Assembly (NCBI GenBank): GCA_018712245.1
Contig: DVHE01000056.1
Coordinates: forward strand, 16,980-80,979
Origin: Candidatus Avoscillospira avicola
Lineage (GTDB): Bacteria; Bacillota; Clostridia; Oscillospirales; Oscillospiraceae
Direction: 5' to 3'
DNA: 64,000 nucleotides
In this document: in pieces, positions 14,431 through 22,967 of the stretch
How positions within the stretch are numbered: position 1 is the stretch's first letter
Layout of the letters: the number at the start of each line of letters is the position of its first letter
The notes under the pieces: generated by a model
Databases searched by the model: none
The model's input: the letters and a program-made list of their open reading frames with translations, nothing else
Told to the model about the DNA's origin: nothing
Translations under genes and position numbers: made by a program

Positions 14431-17408
14431 CCGTCTGTCTCCTTGCTGAAGCGAAGGGACAGGGTGTCCGCCTCGCCGTATTTGGTGAAAATGGTTTTGC
14501 CGTCCCGGGTCTCCACGTCCCAGCCGGCGCTGGCGGCGACGGCGTCTCCCTCCACTACTACTTGCAGCATTCCATCGGCCTCAAAGGCGATCTCTGCCCC
14601 GTTGGACAAAAGGGTGATGTCCGCCGGCAGATTGACCTGCGTCAGATGGGCTGTCTGGGAGGGCTCCCCTGCCGTTAAGGTGACGGGGCGGTTGAGAGAG
14701 ACGAAGAGGCTATTGCCCCGCTGATACCAGACGTCTGCGTCCACCGCAAAGGCCGCGGCGCTGTGGTCCTGGGAGAACTGAACCTCCACGCCCACAGAAG
14801 TATCGTCTTTGGCGGCAATGGTCAGCGCACCGTTCTGGGTTTTGGCGTCCACTGTCAGGGCCAGCGCTTCGGCGGAAGCTGCCATCAGCTGATCCTCCCG
14901 GACGAAATTATAACCGAATTTCCACTGGAAGTCCGAGACCTTTTGCAGGTAGTCCCGGGCGCCTAAGTCGCTCTCATAGACGAAGTCACAGTGGTAGTAG
15001 ATGCACACCGGCATTCTGTATTCGCCGGAGAGATCGGTCCAGGCGCTGTCCACATAGGGCAGGACGGAGTTATCCTGCACCAGCAGTGTCCCCTCCCCGT
15101 CCTTCTGGAGGAAGAACGGCAGGGCGATGACGTTTTCCGCCGCGTACTGCGGCGCTACGCCGGTATCGTAGGCCGGTGAGAAGCCGGAGTTCCAGAGGAG
15201 TCCGGCGGCGTATTCGCTGTCAAAGGTCTGGGTGTCGCCCAGGTTGCTGGAGTACCAGGTGTGGAGATTGGCGCCGATGCCCTCGGTGGGCAAGCCATAG
15301 GCCTCAAAGGCCTCCAGGTGGCGCTCCAGTTCATAAGCTTCGCGGGCTTCCGACGCACCGGCATTGGAGTAGTGGTGGATGCCCACATAGAGGTGATGCG
15401 CCTCGGCGAAGTCCACCTGGGCCTCCAGCGCCGCCCGCTCCGGGAAGTAGGGCGAATCGATGGGATAGGCCAGGCCGTACTCCAGGGAGCCGCAGACCAG
15501 GTCCAGCGCGCCGTCGCCGTCGAGATCGTAGAAGGCAGGCACGGCGTAGGTGCCGAATTTGGCCCGGTCATTGCCCTTGTAGTTTTGCTCGTCCAGGGTG
15601 ATATAGCCGTTGAAGGCAAAGCCGCCTTGACCGTCGTTCAGGAAAATGGCCAGATATCCCTCAAAGAGGCCCACCACCAGGTCCTGGTATCCGTCACCAT
15701 TCCAGTCCACCTGGCCGGGGGCAAGCCACTGGCCCAGTTCCGCATCGGCACAGAGCCGGGAGAGGCTGGACATCCGGCTGTGGTCAAAGGAGACGGTGCC
15801 GTCGATATTCTGGCCGTAGTACACCAGAAGGACGCCGCTGTCACTGCCCACGGCCAGGTCCACGGTGCCGTCGCCGTTGAAGTCCCCGACGCAGGGCAGG
15901 GACTGACCGGGCAGGTCTGTGGTAAACAGAAGCCCCTGGGGCGTGAAGTGGCCGTTGGGGTCTCCGGCAAACCAATAGATGCCGCCGTCACTGCTGCCGC
16001 TGAGGAGGTCCATGCGTCCATCTCCGTTTAGATCGACCAGCTGCGGCGCGGAGTAGCCCGCCACCTGGAGGGGATAACCGTCGGCATCGGTCAAAAGTGA
16101 AGGCTCGCGCACATGGAGTCGGTCCGAGTATTCCAGGATTTCATAGGCGTAGAAATAGCCGTCCTCGCTGCCGGAGACCAGCATCTCCTTCCCCTGAATG
16201 GCACCGAAGGCCGGATAAGCCCGGTAGTCATACTCCGGATACTCCCGGAAGTAACTGCCTGCGTCCTCGATGGAGTTGATTTGCAGCCACTGGTCGTTGC
16301 AGGCGATGTGGGTGCCCGAGGAGTAGGCGCTCTCTTCCCAGTCCATGGCAAAGTCCATGCCGTCATCGCTCTGGTTTAAGAGATACGTGACGGTCTCGGT
16401 GCGGAGGAACCACCAATAGCTGCTGCGGATCAGCGTATAGGAGGGAATCTGGTGGTATTCCTCGCAGAGATCGTAAAAGAGCTTCATGGAGTTGTGGGCG
16501 ATGCCGGTCATCTCTTCATAGTGAAGCTCCCAGCTCATGGAGGGACTGCCGTTGTAGCCATAGACCCGGTTCAGGGCGTATCCAAACTGCTTTTTGGCAG
16601 CCAACGTGGCCACACCACTGTAAAAGAGCTGGTTGCAGCTGGTGGTGGTGGCGGAAAATGCAGTTTCCTCCCCGGTGCGGCGGGTCATGGAGAAGTTGCC
16701 CAGGGAATAGACGTTGGGCAGCAGCGGGTTGGTCAGCAGTACGGCGCCTTCGCCATAGGCCCGGTAGGTGTAGAGTGCCAGCTCTCCCCACATGGCCAGC
16801 GGCTCCGCCGCATCCGGGACGAAACCATAGCCGTAATCCTGCTGGGAGAGGACGTCATAGTCATAGAAATCCGGGTAGAGGCCGGAGAAGTCCTCCACCA
16901 AGGTTTGCAGCGGCTGGAGGTCTTCCTCCACCGTCGGGAAGGTCAGCTCCACCGGACAGCCGGTGAGGGGCACGACCTCCCGAATCCCCAGATAGTCTGC
17001 GGAAAAGAGCGGCGCGAAGGCATTGTCCAACAGCACATAGCCGCCCGCCTCCGTATAGGCGATCAGTAACGCCTCATAGGCGGCGATGTTGGGAGAATTG
17101 GCCAGCGCCGCGGCGGGGATTACCAGGTCGTACTGGGAGAGATCCGAGACCTCCTCCAGGTTAACCAGCTCTGTGGTGAGGCCCAACAGCGTGGACTGCT
17201 CCAAAAGCTCTGCCACGTCCTGCGGCGCGGCCATGTCACAAGTGCTGTCATAAGCCACGGCGACCTGGAGCGCATAGGTGAGGCCGTCCGGCAGCGGGTC
17301 TGCCGCATGGGGCGTCTGCGCCGCTTCCTGGGGCTGGCTGCATCCACTGAAAGCCAGGCATAGAATTAAGAAAAGCGCCGCGAGCCGGCGCAGTGTGTGT
17401 TGCTTCAA
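14427..17408 (-). CDS. large lipoprotein with a central FG-GAP/VCBS-type repeat block
   Basis: Likely TTG start at 17406..17408, 8 nt after GGAGGA, giving MKQHTLRRLAALFLILCLAFSGC (lipobox). Four DxNGDGxxDL-type repeats (DLNGDGRMDL, DFNGDGTVDL, DWNGDGYQDL, DLDGDGALDL) at about 15476..16181. Confidence 0.8.
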   Translation of the reverse strand: MKQHTLRRLAALFLILCLAFSGCSQPQEAAQTPHAADPLPDGLTYALQVAVAYDSTCDMAAPQDVAELLEQSTLLGLTTELVNLEEVSDLSQYDLVIPAAALANSPNIAAYEALLIAYTEAGGYVLLDNAFAPLFSADYLGIREVVPLTGCPVELTFPTVEEDLQPLQTLVEDFSGLYPDFYDYDVLSQQDYGYGFVPDAAEPLAMWGELALYTYRAYGEGAVLLTNPLLPNVYSLGNFSMTRRTGEETAFSATTTSCNQLFYSGVATLAAKKQFGYALNRVYGYNGSPSMSWELHYEEMTGIAHNSMKLFYDLCEEYHQIPSYTLIRSSYWWFLRTETVTYLLNQSDDGMDFAMDWEESAYSSGTHIACNDQWLQINSIEDAGSYFREYPEYDYRAYPAFGAIQGKEMLVSGSEDGYFYAYEILEYSDRLHVREPSLLTDADGYPLQVAGYSAPQLVDLNGDGRMDLLSGSSDGGIYWFAGDPNGHFTPQGLLFTTDLPGQSLPCVGDFNGDGTVDLAVGSDSGVLLVYYGQNIDGTVSFDHSRMSSLSRLCADAELGQWLAPGQVDWNGDGYQDLVVGLFEGYLAIFLNDGQGGFAFNGYITLDEQNYKGNDRAKFGTYAVPAFYDLDGDGALDLVCGSLEYGLAYPIDSPYFPERAALEAQVDFAEAHHLYVGIHHYSNAGASEAREAYELERHLEAFEAYGLPTEGIGANLHTWYSSNLGDTQTFDSEYAAGLLWNSGFSPAYDTGVAPQYAAENVIALPFFLQKDGEGTLLVQDNSVLPYVDSAWTDLSGEYRMPVCIYYHCDFVYESDLGARDYLQKVSDFQWKFGYNFVREDQLMAASAEALALTVDAKTQNGALTIAAKDDTSVGVEVQFSQDHSAAAFAVDADVWYQRGNSLFVSLNRPVTLTAGEPSQTAHLTQVNLPADITLLSNGAEIAFEADGMLQVVVEGDAVAASAGWDVETRDGKTIFTKYGEADTLSLRFSKETDG

Positions 17409-17488
17409 GGGTGATTCCTCCAAAGATGCCGCTGCGATTAACTTCTGCCTCTCGGAAAAACGCAGCAGCGCACTGCCTAAACATGAAA

Positions 17489-17517
17489 ATTATAGCAGTA
17501 TTCCCGGCTGTTTGCAA
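17489..17517 (-). promoter_or_regulatory. near-consensus sigma-A promoter of the dlt-like operon
   Basis: Minus strand: TTGCAA (17512..17517), 17-nt spacer, TATAAT (17489..17494). Predicts a 5' UTR of about 75 nt. Confidence 0.55.
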
Positions 17518-17571
17518 GGCCTATGGCGGCAAGCACGAGGGCGATGTAGCTAAACTGCCGGTCAAAACGCC

Positions 17572-17621
17572 TAAAAAATGCCCGGAAAGACGCCCGGAAA
17601 GCCAGAGGGCCTTCCGGGCGT
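17572..17621 (-). terminator. probable terminator after the YitT-family gene
   Basis: 10-bp stem ACGCCCGGAA (17590..17599) / TTCCGGGCGT (17612..17621). A U-run (complement of AAAAAA 17573..17578) lies about 10 nt further on. Confidence 0.45.
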
Positions 17622-17649
17622 TCGATCTGACGCAGATTCCATACACTCT

Positions 17650-18561
17650 TCAGTCGTTGGGCTTTCGGTAAAATCTGCCGGAGATTTGGTTGGTCTTCAG
17701 CACGTTGACAAAGGCATGGGGGTCGATTTCCCGGACAGCGCGGGTCACTTGCTTGACCTGATTGCTGTCGATGACGGAATAGATCAGTTCTTTTGGTTCC
17801 CCATTGTAAAGCCCTGTCCCATGGAAGAGCGTGGCGCTATGGTGTGTGGTGTCTTTGATATGGAGATAGATCTGCTCGGCACTGTTGGAGATGATGAACA
17901 GAGTAGTCTGCTTGAACCGAGGGTCCAGCAGATGCACCACCTGGGTGGAGGCAAACTGGAAAATGATCGAGTAGAGCGCCTTGTCCCAGCCGAAGAGGAT
18001 GCCAGCCACCACCAGCATGATACAGTTGCCGGCGAAGATGTAATTCCATGCGTCCAGGCCCAAGCGTTCGCTGATGGCCGCTGCGATAAAGTCGGTGCCG
18101 CCGCTGGTGGCGCGGCCCATCAGGCACAGGCTGATGGCCAGGCCCTGAATCATTCCGCCGAAAATGCACACCAGCAGCACGTCGTCAGTCAGAGGCATGG
18201 CCGGAATCAAGTCAGTGAGGATACTGGTCAGGGCGATCATCAGACAGGAGTAGGTGGTGAACCATTTGCCGATCAATCGAAAGCTGATGATTGCAGGGAT
18301 GGCGTTTAACAGCAGATTGATGGGCGTGAACGGCAGGGAGATGCCCGCAAATTGTTCGGCACTGCGCTGAATCAAAAGTGTCAGTCCGTTGAAGCCGCCG
18401 GGGAACAGACCACCGGCATTGACGAAGCTCTTGATATTGACGGACATGATGACGGAGGCCAGGACGATCAGGGAGAGTCTTGCGATGGGTCCACGCTGGA
18501 ACTGCTGCCAGGTACGCCCAATCCGGGCGGAGAGCTGGGAATGGGGACGCTGCTCCTTCAT
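17650..18561 (-). CDS. YitT-family membrane protein (DUF2179 C-terminal domain)
   Basis: Starts MKEQRPHSQL (ATG 18559..18561). Polytopic N-terminal part plus a soluble C-terminus (TLFIISNSAEQIYLHIKD...HAFVNVLKT) typical of YitT proteins. Confidence 0.8.
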   Translation of the reverse strand: MKEQRPHSQLSARIGRTWQQFQRGPIARLSLIVLASVIMSVNIKSFVNAGGLFPGGFNGLTLLIQRSAEQFAGISLPFTPINLLLNAIPAIISFRLIGKWFTTYSCLMIALTSILTDLIPAMPLTDDVLLVCIFGGMIQGLAISLCLMGRATSGGTDFIAAAISERLGLDAWNYIFAGNCIMLVVAGILFGWDKALYSIIFQFASTQVVHLLDPRFKQTTLFIISNSAEQIYLHIKDTTHHSATLFHGTGLYNGEPKELIYSVIDSNQVKQVTRAVREIDPHAFVNVLKTNQISGRFYRKPND

Positions 18562-18626
18562 GGGAAATCCTCCTTTGTTCAGAAACGACTGAGCTTGCCG
18601 GGCGGCGTGAGGTGCCGCCCACATCG

Positions 18627-19205
18627 TTAATGCGCCTGGGTAGGAGAAGCCGTATCGGGCCCATAGGGAAGCCCCCGGAGAACCACCTGCCGGATGAAGC
18701 GGAAGGTTTCCTTCTCGCCTTGGTCCCGCAGCATGGTGAGCAAAAAGCTGAGCTTTGCCCTGGTTTCTGGGTGCATCAGTCCGGTGTCTCTGGATTGCTC
18801 CAGATACTCCAGCGCGGAACCGTCGTGGTAGTCCTTCCCTTTGTAGACTTTGCAGGCGGCGATCCGGTCCATCACCATTTCCACCAGGTACTGCGTGGGC
18901 ATGGGGACCGGGCCGTAAGTCTTGGTGCCGGGGAGAATGTCGGTCCAATATTCAAAATGGTGTTTATTTCGACCCTTGTGGTGCATCCACGCCAGGGAAT
19001 AGCCCATCGCTTCCCGCTCGGCGGTGTTGGGGCTTCTGGTTCCCTGGTAGTAGCGTATCCCGGCGCGGAACTCCGTCCAACTGTACTTGGAGAGGTCGTG
19101 GGCCAGTCCCCGCCGGTAAAGCCCCACCTGAAAACAGTGTTTCATCACCAGATGGCGGTGCTTTGTGATGGTTTTAAAATGCTGCCAGCCTTTGGACAAG
19201 GCCAT
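18627..19205 (-). CDS. conserved hypothetical protein (resembles the DUF5662 family from memory)
   Basis: 192-aa His-rich ORF (HRHLVMKHCF, HDLSKY, WMHHKGRNKHHFEYW) in consistent coding context. Family name not verifiable here. Confidence 0.55.
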   Translation of the reverse strand: MALSKGWQHFKTITKHRHLVMKHCFQVGLYRRGLAHDLSKYSWTEFRAGIRYYQGTRSPNTAEREAMGYSLAWMHHKGRNKHHFEYWTDILPGTKTYGPVPMPTQYLVEMVMDRIAACKVYKGKDYHDGSALEYLEQSRDTGLMHPETRAKLSFLLTMLRDQGEKETFRFIRQVVLRGLPYGPDTASPTQAH

Positions 19206-19232
19206 CGCCCCCTTCGCCGGTGTTGCGCACGA

Positions 19233-20543
19233 TTACCGCTCCGTTTTCCAGAAGGCGACGCTGTAGGGCGGCAGTTCGCTGCCGCCGCCGAAATCATGGG
19301 GCGCGCCGGTGATGAGGTCTACGGCCATTCCGCTTCTGGCATCAAAATGGGCGACGTAGGGCACGCTGTCGGCATTGACGGCCACCAGCACCCGCTCTCC
19401 CGGGACTTCCCGCTCGAAGATGATCTGCCGGTTTGTCAACACGACGTTTTTAAAGCTGCCCTCGCACAGTGCGCGGCTCCCCTTTCGGGCTTTGGCCAGC
19501 GCCGCGATCCAGTCGGTCAGTTGGTTATGGATTGGCTTCTCCACTTCCGGGCGCAGATCGTAGTCGCCGGGGCCCTTCTTTCCTTCAATGCCCCATTCAC
19601 TGCCGTAGTACAACGACGGAACGCCCGGCATACCAAACAGCAGACCGTAGGCCACCGGCAGATGCTGCGGATTTTGGAGCATGGATGCAATGCGGGTGAC
19701 GTCGTGGTTGTCGAGGAAATTCAGAAGATGGAAGCCGCGGTAGAGCGTCCACGGCTCCGGACCAAACTGCCGGGCCAGGCTATGGCCGATCTCGAAGAGG
19801 TTCATGGAATTGAGGCTGGAGTAAAGCCCTTTGTAGCACTCATAGTTGGTGGTGGCGTGGCACATATCCGGCCCCATCCAGCGCTTGTAGTCGCCGTGAA
19901 TGGTCTCGCCGATCAGCACGAAGTCCCGCTTCAGGCTGTCCGTAAAGCTGCGCAGCTGCTTGAGGTACCAGTCCGGCAGACAGTAGGCCACGTCCAGCCG
20001 GAGACCGTCGATATCATAGTCCGCCACCCAGCTGCGGATGGCGTCAAACTGATGGCGCACCACCTCGGGATTGGAGAGGTTGAGTTTGACCAGGACCTCG
20101 TGCCCTTCCCAGTTTTCGTACCAAAATCCGTCGTTATAAGAGGTGTTGCCGCCAAAATCCAGGCGGAACCAGTCTTTATAGGCACTGTCCCACTTTTTCT
20201 GCCGCACGTCCTCAAAGGCCCAGAAGCCGCGGCCCACGTGGTTCAAAACGGCGTCGAAGATCACGCGGATGCCCTTGTCGTGGAGCGCCCGGCAGACAGC
20301 CTGCAGATCCTCCTTGGAGCCGAGACGGCAGTCCACCTGGGTGTAGTTGCGCGTGTCGTAGCCATGGCGGTCGCTTTCGAACAGGGGGTTAAAGAGAACA
20401 GTATCGGCGCCGGTGGCCGCGATGGAGTCCACCCAGTCCAGCAGCCGGAGGATGCGATGGGATAAAACGCCGTCATTCTCCTTGGGGGCGCCGCAGAGGC
20501 CCAGGGGATAGATCTGATATACGGTTGCTTGATGATACCACAC
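19233..20543 (-). CDS. GH13 alpha-amylase-family glycoside hydrolase
   Basis: GH13 conserved regions DAVLNHVG (I), GLRLDVAY (II), IGETIH (III), FLDNHD (IV). GTG start after AGGAGAAAGGAG. Confidence 0.85.
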   Translation of the reverse strand: MWYHQATVYQIYPLGLCGAPKENDGVLSHRILRLLDWVDSIAATGADTVLFNPLFESDRHGYDTRNYTQVDCRLGSKEDLQAVCRALHDKGIRVIFDAVLNHVGRGFWAFEDVRQKKWDSAYKDWFRLDFGGNTSYNDGFWYENWEGHEVLVKLNLSNPEVVRHQFDAIRSWVADYDIDGLRLDVAYCLPDWYLKQLRSFTDSLKRDFVLIGETIHGDYKRWMGPDMCHATTNYECYKGLYSSLNSMNLFEIGHSLARQFGPEPWTLYRGFHLLNFLDNHDVTRIASMLQNPQHLPVAYGLLFGMPGVPSLYYGSEWGIEGKKGPGDYDLRPEVEKPIHNQLTDWIAALAKARKGSRALCEGSFKNVVLTNRQIIFEREVPGERVLVAVNADSVPYVAHFDARSGMAVDLITGAPHDFGGGSELPPYSVAFWKTER

Positions 20544-20650
20544 GGTAGGCTCCTTTCTCCTATAAAACAGGCCACCGGGCCAGCAGGCCCGGCGTGTCTT
20601 TTGTTATAAGCAGTATACCCAATTCCCTGACCGTTTGTCAAGAGCCGCGC

Positions 20651-21343
20651 CTAAGTGGAGCTTTCCCCCAGGACCTCCTCCAGCTTCTTGAGTGCCTTCT
20701 TCTCAATGCGGGAGACATAGCTTCGGCTGATGCCGCATTTGGCGGCGATCTCCCGCTGGGTCAGCGGCTGAGAGCCGCCCAGGCCGTAGCGCAGCGCCAG
20801 AATGTTCCGTTCTCGCTGGGTCAAATGTTCCTCCATAGCCTGGTGGAGCTTGGCGTGCATTTCCTGGGTGCTTAGGTCTTCAAAGAGGTCTTCGTCAGAC
20901 CGGACCACCTCCATCAGCGAAAGGGCATTGCCGTCCTTTCCAGTCTCGATGTACTCCGACAGCGACACATCCATGGCCGTCTTTTTCTGGCTGCGGAAGT
21001 ACATCAGGATTTCATTTTCCACGCATCGGGCGGCATAGGTGGCAAGACGGGCGCCCTTGGACGGGTCGAAGGACGATATGCCCTTGATGAGACCGATGGT
21101 GCCGATGGAAATGAGGTCCTCCTGGTCGGAGGTATGGGCGTAGTATTTTTTCATGATGTGGGCCACCAGGCGGAGATTTCGCTCGATGAGGATGTTGCGG
21201 GCGTCCAGGTCGCCCTGGGCTGCCAGAGCCACATAGTGCCGCTCTTCTTCCGCGGTCAGGGGTTTGGGAAAGGACGAACCGGAATCCAGACGCAGCGTGT
21301 AGATCATGGTGCTGAAAATCAGCCATATGGTTGCGGGAAACAT
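20651..21343 (-). CDS. sigK: sporulation sigma factor SigK (pro-sigma-K), uninterrupted
   Basis: Starts MFPATIWLIFSTMIYTLRLDSGSSFPKPL (hydrophobic pro-sequence + FPxPL), then ERNLRLVAHI, DLISIGTIGLIKG, ATYAARCVENEILMY, GISRSYVSRIEKKAL. RBS GGAGGTG before ATG 21343. Not next to spoIIGA/sigG, which argues against SigE. Confidence 0.8.
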   Translation of the reverse strand: MFPATIWLIFSTMIYTLRLDSGSSFPKPLTAEEERHYVALAAQGDLDARNILIERNLRLVAHIMKKYYAHTSDQEDLISIGTIGLIKGISSFDPSKGARLATYAARCVENEILMYFRSQKKTAMDVSLSEYIETGKDGNALSLMEVVRSDEDLFEDLSTQEMHAKLHQAMEEHLTQRERNILALRYGLGGSQPLTQREIAAKCGISRSYVSRIEKKALKKLEEVLGESST

Positions 21344-21462
21344 TTCTTCACCTCCGAATTCAGTGTATGTTTCCCCCTTTTGTCCACTTTCCCCGGATGG
21401 CCCGTCCATCATATCTGCCACCGAGCGCGGCGGCGTTTTTCCTGCCCCGGGCGGGCAGCCGA

Positions 21463-21491
21463 TTGACGAAGCGCCGCCTGCATGGTATGAT
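21463..21491 (+). promoter_or_regulatory. putative sigma-A promoter (extended -10) for the flavoprotein gene
   Basis: TTGACG (21463..21468), 17 nt, TGGTATGAT with TATGAT at 21486..21491. About 33 nt upstream of ATG 21525. Confidence 0.5.
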
Positions 21492-21524
21492 TTTTCTGTA
21501 ATCTCCGTAAAAGAAGGTGCGATT

Positions 21525-22874
21525 ATGCAGATCTTGATTATCAACGGCAGCCCCAAGGGGAAAAACAGCACCACATACCAGACCGCCCTGTATTTACAGG
21601 CGCTGCACCCGGAGCATACCTTCACGACGCTCCACGCAGGGCAGCAGATCAAACGGCTGGAGCAGGATTTCTCCCCGGCGCGCAGGGCTCTGGCTGCTGC
21701 GGATTTGCTCCTGTTCTGTTACCCGGTGTACACCTTTATCGCCCCCTACCAGCTCCACCGCTTCTTTGAACTCATCAAGGCTGACGGAATCAGCCTGCAA
21801 GGAAAATTTGCCTCACAGATCACCACTTCCAAGCACTTCTACGATGTCACAGCCCACCGCTATGTGGAGGAAAACTGCTGTGACCTGGGGCTTCATGTGG
21901 TGCGGGGTCTCTCCGCCGACATGGAGGATTTGCTGCGGGAAGCGGGGCAGCGGGACGCCGAGAACTTCTTCGACCAGCTGCTGTTCTCCTGCCGGCACGG
22001 CCTATTTGTCACGCCGCCTTTGGCGGCGCCGGGCGGAACGAGACCCATTTATCACGCCGCACTGAATGAGACGCCCAAGACGCAGAAGCAGGACGTTGTG
22101 ATCGTAACCAACTGCGCCGAAGAAGACGAGACGCTTCAAAATATGATTGCGGATTTCCGTGCGGCACTTCCCTGCCCCAGCCGCGTGGTCAATCTTCGGG
22201 AGTTTCCCTTCGACGGCGGCTGCCTAGGCTGCTTCGGCTGCGCCATCACGGGAAAATGCGTCTACAAGGACGGCTTCGACACCTTCCTGCGGCAGAAAAT
22301 CCAGACTGCCGACAGCTTCGTCTACGCCTTTACGATCTCCGACCACTACACCCACTCCAGCTTCAAGTGCTTCGACGACCGGCAGTTCTGCAACGGCCAC
22401 CGCACCGTCACCCACGGCACGCCCATCGCCTACCTGATCAGCGGCGACTACCGCCTGGAGCCGAACCTGCGGATGATCGTGGAGGCCCGGGCGGAAGTGG
22501 GCGGCAACTACCTCTGCGGTGTGGCCACGGACGAGTCCGAGACGACGGCCCAGATTCAGGCTTTGGCTGAAAATCTCAGCTTCGCCATGGAGCGGAAGCT
22601 GACGCGACCTGCCAATTTCTATGGCGTGGGCGGCATGAAGATTTTCCGCGACCTCATCTATGTGATGCAGGGACTGATGAAGGCGGACCACAAATTCTAC
22701 AAGGCCAACGGCATTTATGACTTCCCCCAAAAGCAGGTGGGTCGCATCTGGCAGATGCGGCTGGTGGGCGCGCTGATGGCCATTCCGTCCATACAGAAAA
22801 AGGCAAAGGGCAAGATGACCGAAGCGATCATCGCCCCCTATCGAAAAGTGATCGACCAGGTGAAGTCCTCCTAG
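21525..22874 (+). CDS. flavodoxin-like-fold NAD(P)H-dependent oxidoreductase, two-domain (iron-sulfur flavoprotein-like)
   Basis: Starts MQILIINGSPKGKNSTT (FMN-reductase-type N-terminus). A second similar half carries GGCLGCFGC. Confidence 0.65.
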   Translation: MQILIINGSPKGKNSTTYQTALYLQALHPEHTFTTLHAGQQIKRLEQDFSPARRALAAADLLLFCYPVYTFIAPYQLHRFFELIKADGISLQGKFASQITTSKHFYDVTAHRYVEENCCDLGLHVVRGLSADMEDLLREAGQRDAENFFDQLLFSCRHGLFVTPPLAAPGGTRPIYHAALNETPKTQKQDVVIVTNCAEEDETLQNMIADFRAALPCPSRVVNLREFPFDGGCLGCFGCAITGKCVYKDGFDTFLRQKIQTADSFVYAFTISDHYTHSSFKCFDDRQFCNGHRTVTHGTPIAYLISGDYRLEPNLRMIVEARAEVGGNYLCGVATDESETTAQIQALAENLSFAMERKLTRPANFYGVGGMKIFRDLIYVMQGLMKADHKFYKANGIYDFPQKQVGRIWQMRLVGALMAIPSIQKKAKGKMTEAIIAPYRKVIDQVKSS

Positions 22875-22910
22875 AAGCCATCGGAGAAAAAATGCTTTTT
22901 GACAATCCGA

Positions 22911-22946
22911 CGCGCCCTCATTTCCAGCATTCCGGAAATGAGGGCG
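22911..22946. terminator. 14-bp hairpin between convergent genes (probable bidirectional terminator)
   Basis: GCGCCCTCATTTCC (22911..22924) pairs with GGAAATGAGGGCGC (22933..22946). U-tracts are weak on both sides. Confidence 0.5.
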
Positions 22947-22967
22947 CATCAATTCTGCCATGTCTAG

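Noticed and set aside
17409-17488. Long-range pairing GCUGCUGCG...CGCAGCGGC in the 5' UTR of the dlt-like operon, considered as a regulatory RNA.
   Set aside because: Only an 8/9 match with a large loop. There is no terminator or SD-sequestering logic visible. Not enough evidence.
21362-21369. CATACACT (sigma-E/K-type -10-like) upstream of sigK.
   Set aside because: It would leave a leader of only about 12 nt beginning at the RBS, and I see no clear -35 element. It is too weak to call without 5'-end data.
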